Assembly (NCBI GenBank): GCA_964658305.1
Contig: OZ210885.1
Location: 15,004,001 to 15,068,000 of the forward strand
Source: Leptogorgia sarmentosa
Lineage: Eukaryota
Length of the DNA: 64,000 nucleotides
Direction of reading: 5' to 3'
Below, piece after piece: positions 50,366-62,100 of this stretch. Within the stretch, counting starts at the first letter, position 1. Each line of letters begins with the position of its first letter. The notes beneath the pieces were generated by a model. The model made no database searches. It was not told the origin of the DNA and worked only from the letters and a program-made list of their open reading frames with translations. Both the position numbers and the translations under genes were made by a program.

Positions 50366-53312
50366 AGGGGCGGAGGAACAATCAGGTCGGTCGCCAGTTA
50401 GTCTACAAATGCTTTCCGTTCATATCACAGCCTCTGACACTAACGACAATGGAAGCAACATAAACTCAACCCAATCATCTGCAACACGGCGAAACAGTGG
50501 TCAAACTCCAATTTCAAATGCACCCACACATGGGTACAAAAAAAGCAAGCACGAAGGCGATACAGTCAACAAAACGGAAGTGAGACCTCACGTCAAGAAA
50601 GAACGCAACGAAGAAACCCCATTATTGAAAATTGGTCAAACCTCAATTCTAAATGCTCCCAAAATGAAGACGTCAACATGTGGGCAAAAAAGTAGCAAGC
50701 AGGAAGGCGAAACAGCCAACAAAACGAAAGTGAGACCTAAACATAAAAAAGAACAAGACGAAGAAAACCCATTATTGAAAATTGGGCATAGATTCTATAA
50801 CATTGAAGAAGTAGAAAGGGCTAAAGAGCTTTACGAACAAAAACATTTTTGTGAGTTATGGAAACGAGATTCAAGGACTCTGCAATCTGCAAAGAAACGT
50901 GTTCCAAAGCGTGTCAAACATGCAGAAATATCGCTACAGTACTATTCTCTGAAACTCTCGTGTAAATTTGGAGGAAAAGCCATAGATTCAAAAAAAGTGA
51001 GGAAAAGGAAAACAAACTCATTCAGGCAAGGGTGCCCTTTTGAGATTTATCTGGTTTTGTCCGAAGATGGAAAGGCATTAGAAGTATCCAATGTAACCCT
51101 GAATCATAACCACTCTCCATCGAAAGAATTATACGACCACCTTCCTCGTCAGAGACGCCTTGCGAAAGATTTACGACAACATGGCAAGGACGTCTTACGT
51201 TTGAAAGCTAACAGTAAGATGTTCCAACAAGAAATCGAGTCTACAACCGGTCATGCAATAACGTTGAAGGACATAGCAAACTTGAAGTACGAAGACAAAA
51301 AGAAAAGTAACTCAAACGATATAGAAGAAGTTGTAAATTATTTGAAAACTCAAGATGGAGCTAATGTGGATGTTATTGTGGACCAAGAAGGGGACTTTAA
51401 GTGCTTGCTCTATCAGGACAGATATATCCAAAATGTTTACAGTTCTTTTTCAGAGCTCATTATGGTTGATGCTACGTACAAGCTTCTGGATTTACGCATG
51501 CCTGTTTACATTATGTTAGCGATAGACGGAGAGGGTTTAAGTGAAATTGTGGCCATATTTATAGTCTCTGAGGAAACTGATTTAGTAATAACTTCAGCAG
51601 TGGAATCGTTCAAAAAACATAATCCCGCCTGGAGCAAAACAGTAACAATTTTCTCGGACAAAGACTTTAATGAACGGCAAGTCTTCACCAAATGTTTTCC
51701 TCAAGCTAAACTATCACTTTGCCTATTTCACACCCTTCGTAGCTTCAAACGAGAAGTCACAACTGAAAAAATGGGAATTACAACAGATGAAAGGATACGA
51801 TGCTTGGAAATTGTTACCCAGATTGTATACTCAAACTCACCTGCAGAGTATGATCGTCATGTTAAAAAACTCAGGGACACAAAACTTCAATCTGTTATTC
51901 AGTACTACGAAAAAAACTGGGAACCGATAAAAGAGCAATTTGTTACGTGCTTCAAAAACTCTATTTTAACATTTGGGGAAACCACTACTAATCGGTTAGA
52001 AAGTACGAATGCCAAAATCAAAAGCGTTTGTTCAAAGTACAGCAGCCTCCGCCAGTTCTTCGGTGAAATGTTTATTGTTCTGGGAGCTTTACGAAATGAG
52101 AGACGCCACAAGCAGCTCATGGCACTTTCATGTTTACCTACAGATTCTCAAAGTGGAGACACAGACATGCAAAAATATAGGATGTTACTGACACCGTATG
52201 CATACAAGAAACTTGAGCACAAAGTGAAAGTAACAAAAGTTATGCCAGACGGCTCAATTGTAGTTAACAGTTCAATCAATTCATCACTCAAGGCTTCACC
52301 TGCGTCTTGTGAATGCAACTACGTTACGATGATAGGACTTCCCTGCAGACACATTCTAAAAGCCAGGCGTATTCATAGGATGTCACGGTTTGACGAATCA
52401 CTGGTGTCTAAAAGATGGACAAGGTGCTATTACAGGACGACAACGAAAATGAAACCAACAGAAAATGTGTCAAGCACAGCTATGTTTGAAGTTACTAACA
52501 TAAAAACTGAAGAGTCCAAGTGTTTAACTCAAGCACAGAAGTATAGAAAAGCAGGCAAATTGACAAACTCTTTAGCTTCTCTTGCAAGCGAAGGTGGAAT
52601 GAAAACCTTTTCGCATAGGATGATACTTCGAAAACTATTAAACATATGGATGGCAGGCAAAAATGTCAATCTTAGTGAAGTAAATTCAACAGAAACCATG
52701 AAAAGAAAATGCCCCAGTCCTTTGAAAAACAAAGTTCCAAGTGATGGCACCGGTACCAAAAATGACAAAAATGATAGCAAAGATAAAACCTTCACGCATA
52801 TAAAGATGCCATTGAAAATGCTAAAGCATGGTAGACCAAAAGGATCTAAACTAACGGTCATAGGGTTACCTAAAAAGAAGGCAAAAAAGTCAAAGATAAT
52901 TCAGCCTTTCTGCAAAATTAAAGCAGAAGATAAAGATTGCATCTTGTTGGAATGCTTTGTGCAACCGTTATCTGCCAAAAAAGCCATGGATGGAAAGTTA
53001 TTGGCAAAACCCGAAATAACTGTCAGACTTAATTGTATTCCAGACATGATAAAAGATGAAGACAATGTCGATATACATAGAGTTGAAAAGTACTTTACAA
53101 ATGAGGCATGGGATCATATTCTGGATCTGGTTGCAAAAACTAAAAAAGAAGGTAAATGGATATGCCGTGGATGCAGGAAGGTCATCAAATGTGAAGACAG
53201 CGTTTCATGTGATAGATGTCTTAATTGGTATCACCTACAGTGCACATCACTCAGCAAGATGCCAAAGAAACGAAACTGGTTTTGTGCACATTGCATTTCA
53301 AAATACACATAG
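50366..53312 (+). CDS. MULE transposase with SWIM and C-terminal PHD finger (terminal exon 20)
   Basis: GCPF...HNH DNA-binding domain, MVDATYK, FSDKDFNE, LCLFH, TTNRLES, SWIM CEC...LPCRH and PHD CRGC...CDRC..WYHLQC...WFCAHC. Confidence 0.95.
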
Positions 53313-54702
53313 ATTATATATACAGTAGTTTAGCTTTGGCAATTCTGACAAGCACAGATGCTTTGTACTCACCCAGAGGAATTTGGCCACACCCCCAAAA
53401 GTCCCCCCCCCCCCCCGACACATTTCTTGTATATTTTGATTTGATATTTGATTATTCTTACTACTAAATCTGTAAAATTGCGAATATTATGTCTCAGATG
53501 CTGCCGTGCAGGCCTAGAAAACAACTTTTTGAACGTTTTCTTTGGCCTTTCTGGGCATTTCCACCAGGCCCTGGCCAAACCAGGCAGAAGCAACCCCCAA
53601 CCCAAATATTTACCCCCTTCTCCCTAAACTAAAATATATAATCTGTCTCAGGTGATTCACTATAGCATAAATACCAACAAAAAACAGGAAGTCCTGTGAT
53701 AAAATGAGGCTTAACCTATTAAGTGCTAGTACAGTAGTGCTCCCCCCTTGATGAAAAAAATTGTCCGGCATTACATAGAGTAAAATAATAAAGTGGGTGC
53801 ACCAGCGTGCAATGTGACTCAATGGGTTAATACTTAATAACAACCTTTGTAATGATCCAATGACTGTAGTATATCTAGAGGCTTGGAGTATCAATCCTCA
53901 AATTGACTGGCACATTATGACCAACATATATCAAAGTGACTATAATATATAGTGAATAAATTTATATTGTATAGAAATATAGTTATATGTTGCGACGAAA
54001 TTTATAGTGTACAGAAATATAATTATATGTTGAGACTTGGGACAAAACTTTCGGAAAAATGTCTGCGCAAACCGCATTTTGCGCCTTCAATGTTATAATT
54101 ATAGTTTAGTTTAGACTTTAATATTAGTATACGACTGATAAAGTACAAAATTACAAAGTTTTAGTTCAGTGATACAGTTTGTTTTGATTTAATCCGATAT
54201 ATGTATGTTTATCCGCCATTGATTATTTCGTATAGGCACTACAATGACGTCAACACGATTGCTGTACCGTAGTACTGGGAACAAGTTAAGAGCAAATGAC
54301 ATGCGCAGAAAAACTGCCGGCCATTTAGTACTTGACAATTAATTACAAAGTGTTTATATTAATAAATTTCACGCTTGAACAACTCAAAAAATTACCGTCA
54401 GAGAATGCAAATGATCACACCGTATTTATCAAAGCATGAATCGTAGGAATTGCGCGAAAATTTATATTTCCCGCGAAGAAATACAGGAAGTGGCTGAAAC
54501 AACAAGTAAACTCGTCCCCAGGCTATTTCAAGCAAATGACATGCGCAGAAAAACTGCCGGCCATTTAGTATTTGATAAACCATGACCGGCTGCCGGCCAT
54601 ATAGTCACTTTGTATAATGATTTAGAGCAAGAAAAAATATGGCACAAACAGCTGATCCAATACAAATTGTTAACATCAAAAATATAAGACATGCATTATC
54701 TA

Positions 54703-55514
54703 CAGGGTGTATAAAAAAAAACGCAATCCTATGTTCAAATGCAATTTTCATAACGAAAAGTAATAGAAAATAGGCTATATTTACCACCGTTAGAAAGCTC
54801 TATCATTTCGCTTTCTTAAGACTGCTTGTTTGTTAAATTTGAGTTGGAAATGAGCGAGTAATGATATTTTTAGTAAGTGTGATTGGACAATTTAAAATTT
54901 GAGATAGATTGAATTTATTAAAAATTTAACTTTAGTTGGTTACAATCATTCAACGTGGCCTGGCTTTCTCAGCACACACAAATCACTTCGACGTTGCATT
55001 TCCCGTGCAACTCTTCTTATTAGTTCATGATTTCCATGTAAAGCATCTGCTTTAAGCTGTATCTGCCGGTATTTACGTACGTTACGCCAAACGGTCGTCG
55101 AATTTGGGACTTGTCGATCCGGAAAAGCTATTCGAAACAATCTTAAAACTTCCTGAATACTTTTTGTTACAAAGTAACCTTCAACAATAAAAGTTATTTC
55201 TGCTGTGGTGAGCTGTTGCATGATGCCTAAGACTTTAAAATTATTTCGCGAAAATATTTCAAACAAAATATTCGCATGCAACGATAACGTCCCCTTCGGA
55301 ATTAAGAACGTCGAATTCGAAGCATCTAAAAATGACTGCTTGCAGTAAATCACTTATTTTGAAGTCCTAAATGGCCTAAAAAGTCACAATCGACCACTTA
55401 TTGAGTAGAAAAAAGATAGGGCTAAAACATGAACTAAAAGTTAAGACATGGAAATCTATATTATTTTGGTTATAAAGCCTTAAACTTGGTTTGCGTTTTT
55501 TTTTATACACCCTG
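54703..55514 (-). mobile_element. Internally deleted Tc1/mariner (maT/DD37D-like) element
   Basis: TIR CAGGGTGTATAAAAAAAAACGCAA with TA TSD. The remnant ORF joins an N-terminal HTH (FIVEGYF...P..TTVWRNVRK) to the C-terminal R...CV...GHVE; the catalytic core is missing. Confidence 0.85.
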
Positions 55515-56183
55515 TATAGCTACAATATTGGACAAAAGTAGTTGCAATATCTATCCTCTTTCTTTTTTGAAAATTTTCCTCACATTCATTTGGGGGAAGG
55601 GGGTGTTAAAACAATTTTGTCCAAGATTGTAGCTGTATGCCTAAATTTGATAATAGTATAAAATAAGTTCAAAATTATACTCCCAGTGTTAAATACAGGG
55701 TGTTTCCTAAAATCCATGCAGAATCTGGGTACAACAGTGTTGCCTTTGCAACAAAATTGGTAAAGCTGTGGACCATGTTCCATGTTGTACTATCTTAGTG
55801 GGGCTGTTCCAATTGATTCTGGTTCATATTACTAGGTCATATTTCATCTAAATATTCACCTTAACAGCAGTTTGTTTGTGCATATAATTTTCCCTTCATT
55901 TCAACATTTGTAACTGTAGAACTAAAAAAGGTATGAAGGAACTGTAAAGTGCATTCCAACCTTTGTTTTGTGCTCTTTTTGATACAGCAAGCAAAATTTC
56001 ATATACTTTAAGGAAAACAACATTGTACTATAATACATTTGTCTTAACATAGTACATCTGCATCAGTAGTCTGATGATACCATAATGCTGGTAATTTATA
56101 TAAAATTTTGGTTTATGGTCAGTACCGTATATTACTTTATTATTTTACATGAAAGAACAATCCTAAAGGTGGACAATTCAATT

Positions 56184-56353
56184 TAGCCATTTTCAAGACG
56201 AGCAGAGTACTGGGCTGTAGTTAGGTTTGGATGGGCAACAAGTCAATCTACCTCACTATTTGTCTACTTCACTATTTGTCCTTCCAAACATTTCCAACAT
56301 GCTTTGTAATCTCAACTCAAACCCAGTACTTTGCTCTTTTTGAAAATGGCTAA
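56184..56353. mobile_element. Small MITE-like element
   Basis: Inverted ends TTAGCCATTTTCAA..GAGCA.AGTACTGGG and CCCAGTACT.TGCTC..TTGAAAATGGCTAA. Confidence 0.65.
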
Positions 56354-57121
56354 CAATAATTTCTTGTACCAATCTAATTAATCAATGTCATTTCTTATAC
56401 ATAGTACATAGCACAATTTGAAGATACAGACTACAGTTTCCCTTCAAAACCTTATGGTCGAGTACTGAATTGCAAATAATAATTTTACAAATATAATGGA
56501 AATTAATCCTACCTGTCCAACGTCAGGTCAACAAGTGCAGGCTACATTTAATAAACAAAATATATAACATATTTATTGATTCAGTTGTAAAAATATAATT
56601 GAAACGCACATAGTCAACGAGGCGGCCGTCGACTAAAAGTAAAACATATTAAATATACAATACTATAATAATAATATTACAGCCTCAGCCTGTGTGGTAC
56701 AGTACCTTTTCTCGTTCCAAACTCGTCACATTTGTTAAAATGGCAAACACTATGACAAAAAGGGTAAAACATAATGCTACAGCTAGTTCGAATGCTGCTA
56801 AACGTAACCTAAATTTAATGCTACATGACAATGCCATAATTAGATGCAAATCGATTCAAAAGCAAATTTTACTCACACTCGTCTTCTTCCGCCATCTTTG
56901 CCGCCAAGCACGAATATGTGTGATCACAACGTCACATTAAAGATGTCACATGATAAATGTCACGTGACTGAATGACTCGCGCATTTGACTCGGACTCGAC
57001 TCGTATTTTAGATTTACTCAAGTTGCGAGCACACGGATAAGAGCAGCTCTTTTACTTGTGACCTTCACACCATGACTGAACTAAATTTAGGAAAAGTATA
57101 ACCATAATATTGATGATATAA

Positions 57122-57399
57122 TGGACCTTTCCCCTTTTAGACGGACGGGCATTTAAAGTTTGCTATTTTTGTATACTTTTGTATTACGCACGGCAAAGTG
57201 ATAATCACATTCTAAATCTGATTATCACTTTGCCGCACGTAATACAAAAGTATACAAAATTCGCAAAATGACTATATTTTCCACATTTTACGTTATTTTG
57301 CAACCAAACTTCACAATTCTACTAAATCAATGATGTTCTTCCAGCTGCGGTGATGAATTCTCCTAATTGGAAAGTTCGTCTAAAAGGGGAAGCGGCCAA
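57122..57399. mobile_element. MITE-like element with an internal about 90-bp hairpin
   Basis: Ends TTCCCCTTTTAGACG and CGTCTAAAAGGGGAA; internal palindrome at 57167-57259. Confidence 0.6.
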
Positions 57400-57591
57400 T
57401 ATCTCCCCACAAGCTCCAACAGGGAGTAAAACTATTTAATACATAATTCTCGTAATATAGTTTTTGCTATCTCTTCCTCCTTCACCAGGCATAGTGCATT
57501 TCAGCTATTTTCCAAACCTGAAGTAGCTCCAGCAACTGAAAACAATTATGTAATAGTTGATGGAATTAGTTGGAGGGGTACAGTTATTAAG

Positions 57592-60500
57592 TAGGGTAAA
57601 TATGCCAAATGAACTTCAAAATCATCAAGTAAAATCGCTTTTTTCCTATAGTAGGACTGCTAAGACAAAAATTTCAGGCAAATCCTTCAAATTGTGAACA
57701 CAATCTGAAACTTGGCACAGATACTCATTAGGGCATGGCGAATAAGGAATGGAGGGGTTGCCCAAAATTTGAGCAGGGGAAAGTGTCCATTTTGGCCCCC
57801 AAAGTGACGGCTTTGGCTATTTTCGGCTATATTACGAAAATGCAGTATCTCGAAGTCAAAATAAATCCATACAGGTCCCAAACACGGTTTTACTTAGCCT
57901 TTATATTTTACAGCCTCGCTAAGCAAAGAAAAATGCCAAGATACATTAAATAATACATAACACATGTATAATCTTGATGCGATTAATAAAAGTTCAAATC
58001 ATACTTGTATTTTACACTGATATGTGAAATAATAACCTCATTTGAAAAAAAAACCCAATCTTTCACGAATCTTGGTATGTAAGAAATGCTTTCCCATACT
58101 AAAATCGTTTGTTTGCCTTTTGGAATACCACATAATTATATTTATATCGACAGACAAAATGAAAGCAGTATCCGCCATTTTGAATTTTGACATCTTCGAG
58201 GATGCGAATATCCACAATTGTCCCAGAGTACCCTCAAGCCTTTTTGCCGGACTTTTAAGTTTTCGAAACGTTCCTGGAAAAATTACAGTAAAGAATATAA
58301 AATTAATATAAAGAATATTCTGAAAGGTGAGTTTAACTAAATGTTCTGCTTTATGTAAATGTAATATGCTCTTTAAGTGTAGGTTTAAAATTGTTAGATA
58401 TTTCTTTAAAGTTTTATGTCCATACTATATTATGATAATCTTGCTTTGTGATAACCATTTTGCGTTGTGTTTTGTGAATTTTGCTTTACTTGTCTTCTGA
58501 ATTTGTTTTAATACTAATACTTAATTATTAAATACATGATTTGGATGCACGGTGATGTTGAACAAACATTTTCACATTTCATTTAAGTTATATGATGTAA
58601 AATATCAAATAGACGACAAAATGGATTGGAGTTTATGTGTTCTGTGCCAACACAACAGCGATAATCTCGTTGTACCGTCTGCAAATTCGAATACGGCTGT
58701 ATGTGGATATTCACAATTAGCAAAGAATATAAGTGCATTTGTTGACGAAGGTCTTCCACTACCAAATAAGATCACCTCTACTTTGTCCGATTTGGAAGGG
58801 GATACAAATGTCGCTGATAACCTGAAAGCAAATAAGGCCCAGTGGCATGAGGGATGCCAAGCAGAGTTAGCGCCTTTGAAGTTTAAGCGTGCGTTAGAAT
58901 CCTCTGCAAAAAAAAAATGCAAGAAAGAACTTTTCAATTCCGGGGATGTGCCATCAAAAAGAACACGTTCCAGCTTAGATGCCAGCACACTATTACAGTC
59001 CTGTTTGTGTCTTTTTTGCAATGAACCAGGCGAATTCAGAGCAGAATATGAAAAGAAGAAGCACCCAAATGCACAGAGACGCACGAGTAAAGTTCGAACT
59101 GATAACTTACATGATTTTATCAGAAAAGCTGCAAACGAAATGGGTGATGTATTGCTTCTCGCTAAGCTCTCCGAAGGTAATTTATTTGCAAGAGATGCTT
59201 GCTATCATCTCCAATGTATGATGGGTTTTAGAAACAGATACAGGGCATTCCTAGCATCGCAAGACAAAGAAAGTACTACAATGAAGGACCACGAAAATTC
59301 TGCCCTTGCTGAAACAATGATGCATATTGAAGAACGTCTTTCCAAAAGTACGAACACTGGAATAGTGGCATCAATCAAGTTATCAGACATCAGGAAATTT
59401 TACGATACAAGTTTAAGCAGGTTGGTTGGAATTTGAAATTGAAGAAATTGAAACAGCTCCCTGCCAAATACACCTGTGTTTCGCCTTATGTGTTGAAGAA
59501 CAAAGACGTAGTCATGCCTGGTAGAAATGGGGCAAGGAAAGAGGTTGTGCACTGTTTCCTTTTTTTTCTTTAAAACTATATCATATACTACATAATACAT
59601 ATACTTACATTGATATGAACTTTTTGTTCATTAGTGGAACCCAGGTAAGTACCCTACGCGGTCTCATACAGTGAACGTTTATTATATGGTGCAAATAATT
59701 AACATAGGCTCACTGGTACGGTCACGTGATCATAACACAGAATACTTATTGATCTCAAAAATGGACATTTTATTATTTTCCAGGTCAAACTCCCAATATG
59801 ACAGTTGACCAACCGCTGTATGCTTTAGCGAAACAAATTCAGCGGAAGAAGTCGGGAGACATTGACGATAAGCATTTCCTGGTCATGATGGGTGATCTGC
59901 ACATAGAGATGACATTCATGGAATGCTTAGGTTGGGAATTAGAAAAATGGTCATGAATAATTAACTGTTTCACTGTATCCTGCGTTTACATAATAATTTC
60001 TTAATTACAGGTGATTGGCTGGATGGAAGTGGCTGGGCTCATTTGCTGGTGTTGTCTAATGTTGCCACACCAGGGAAGGCCAATGCTATGCTTAGTGCCT
60101 CGTCCAACATTGCGTTTTGCCGTTATGTCCACCAAGTTACAGCCTGCATCTTGTACCAAAGCAAGAAAGATGCCTATAATTCCTACTGTGACAACACAGA
60201 AAATCCGCTTCCCGAGACTGAGTGGTTGAAAGAAAGCTGTAAACACCCAATGTTCAAATTCTGGTCTATCACATTAAAGATGGAGCTGATCTTGCTGCAG
60301 TTTGTCAAAGCCATACGATCGGCAAATTTCAGCATGTACATAGATGCTTTGCAGTTGATTGCGCCATGGATGTTTAGCCTCAACCATTATAACTACGCCC
60401 GATGGTTACCGGTGCATATAGACAGTATGGTTACACTTCAAGATATCCACCCAGATGTTTACGAACAGTTTAAAGAAGGTTCATTCACAGCGCAAAAGTC

Positions 60501-62100
60501 GAACAGGAAGTTCTCACACATAGGATTGGACCACAACCATGAGCAACTTTACACGGAGATAAAAGGAGTTGGAGGAGCTATCAGACTTACCGAAAACGAC
60601 GCATCTCTTGGAAAGTGGCTCATCGCTGGTCCCGAAGTCTCTTGCATGGTAGAGGAGTTTGAAAACAGAGACAGATTGCACGAGTTCGATTCAATTCTAG
60701 AGCACCATGATTCCAACCCATCTGCACAGAAGCATTTTGTTGCTGACGTCAAAAAGATGTACAATGCACTAGATGAACTGGGAAATCCATTCCTTGATGA
60801 CAGTGCAGACCTATACGCGTTGGACACAAAGCTAGTCCCAGGAGAAGAGGCCATTAAACACCTAAATGCTGTGGAAGCTCTCGGACAAGAGCAATTCAAA
60901 TCCTATATGGACACTCGTGTGTTGAACAATGATATCCCAATTTCAGATGCCATCGTCAGAAACAAGATGCAGATTTTTAAATGTCCCAAAGCAAGGAAGA
61001 CGTCAAAGAAAGACATGCAGCTGAAGGCCGCCAGAAGTGACGCTGCTTTATTTTCAAGATTGTTCATTGCCTGCCAAAACAGAAATGGAGACCTCGAACA
61101 ATTTTTCTCTTACGAGAACCAAGGAGCACCCCCTAGCCTATCAGAAAATGGGAATTTGAGACCAGCAAAAAATAAATCATGTTCGCATATCGACACTTTC
61201 TGCAATGATACTGTGACAACTCATACATTATTAAATACGTTTAAAATAATAGGATTTAATTTCTATTCTTCGTTTCCTTTTGTTTAAGGTGTAATGGATG
61301 TGGTGTTGGCTGTCGAGTACACAGAAATTAATGAAGCTCCACCAGTAGATGCCAAAGTACTTGACGGACCAGCGATTGTAAATATGCTAAAGCCAAATGA
61401 CTCAAAGACGTTCAACGACTATGTGTCAACTGTCATCCAGCCCTATATAAGGCATCATCTAAGATCAGCTAAACAACTCGACTTCGTTTTTGATAGGTAC
61501 TTTAAAGATAGTTTAAAGTCGTGTGCACGATCAAACCGAGGCGACAGGGTTAGAAGGCTCGTGAAAGCGAACAGGAGTATGCCAAACAATTGGTCCACGT
61601 TCCTTAGATGCGATGAAAACAAAACGGAACTGTTTCCATTCATTGTTAAGGCACTGATTGAGAACCTTGATACAAATGAACTGTTCGTGGGTTCTCTAGA
61701 CGATGGAGCAGTGGCAAATCAGGATGTTGATCTGGAATCATTGATGCCGTGCAACATAGAAGAAGCAGATGAGCATATGTTCGTACATGTCCAACATGCT
61801 GCTGAATTGTATCCATGTGTCCTGATCAAGACTGTTGACAGTGATGTCGTTGTTATTGCGGTTGGAGCTTTCAACAGAATCAACAACCTCCTGGAACTAT
61901 GGATCGAGTTTGGAGTGGGTAAGCATTTAAAGTACATTCCAATTCACGAACCCCAATGCTCGGACCCCAGACCTCAACGCCGTTCTTGTTTTTCCACACA
62001 TTCAGTGGTTGGTTGCAATACTACATCATCATTAAAGGAAAAGGCAAGAAATCGTTTCACAGAACATGGAAAGCAATGCCCAACTGCGACATGCAGTTAG
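57592..62100 (+). mobile_element. AcademX-type DNA transposon, decayed (transposase with XPG-like nuclease)
   Basis: MDWSLCVLCQ, AKLSEG.L.A.DA.YH..C (58621-59436), VDQPLYA and MGDLHIE (59784-59929), NYARW and GLDHNHEQ (60011-61176), EEAD and TVDSDVVV (61289-61945). Possible left end TAGGGTA at 57592; no right end found. Confidence 0.85.

Larger units (their letters stand above)
43014..54612 (+). mobile_element. Inner Mutator-like (MULE) DNA transposon, 11.6 kb
   Basis: About 262-bp near-identical TIRs at 43014-43275 and 54351-54612. 9-bp TSD TATAATGAT at 43005-43013 and 54613-54621. Confidence 0.96.
37326..57019 (-). mobile_element. Outer Mutator-like DNA transposon (19.7 kb including nested insertions)
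   Basis: 10-bp direct repeat AAGTTGCGAG at 37316-37325 and 57020-57029. GAGT...ACTC ends. Imperfect inverted GAGTC-rich subterminal repeats at 37341-37395 and 56973-57004. Confidence 0.8.
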
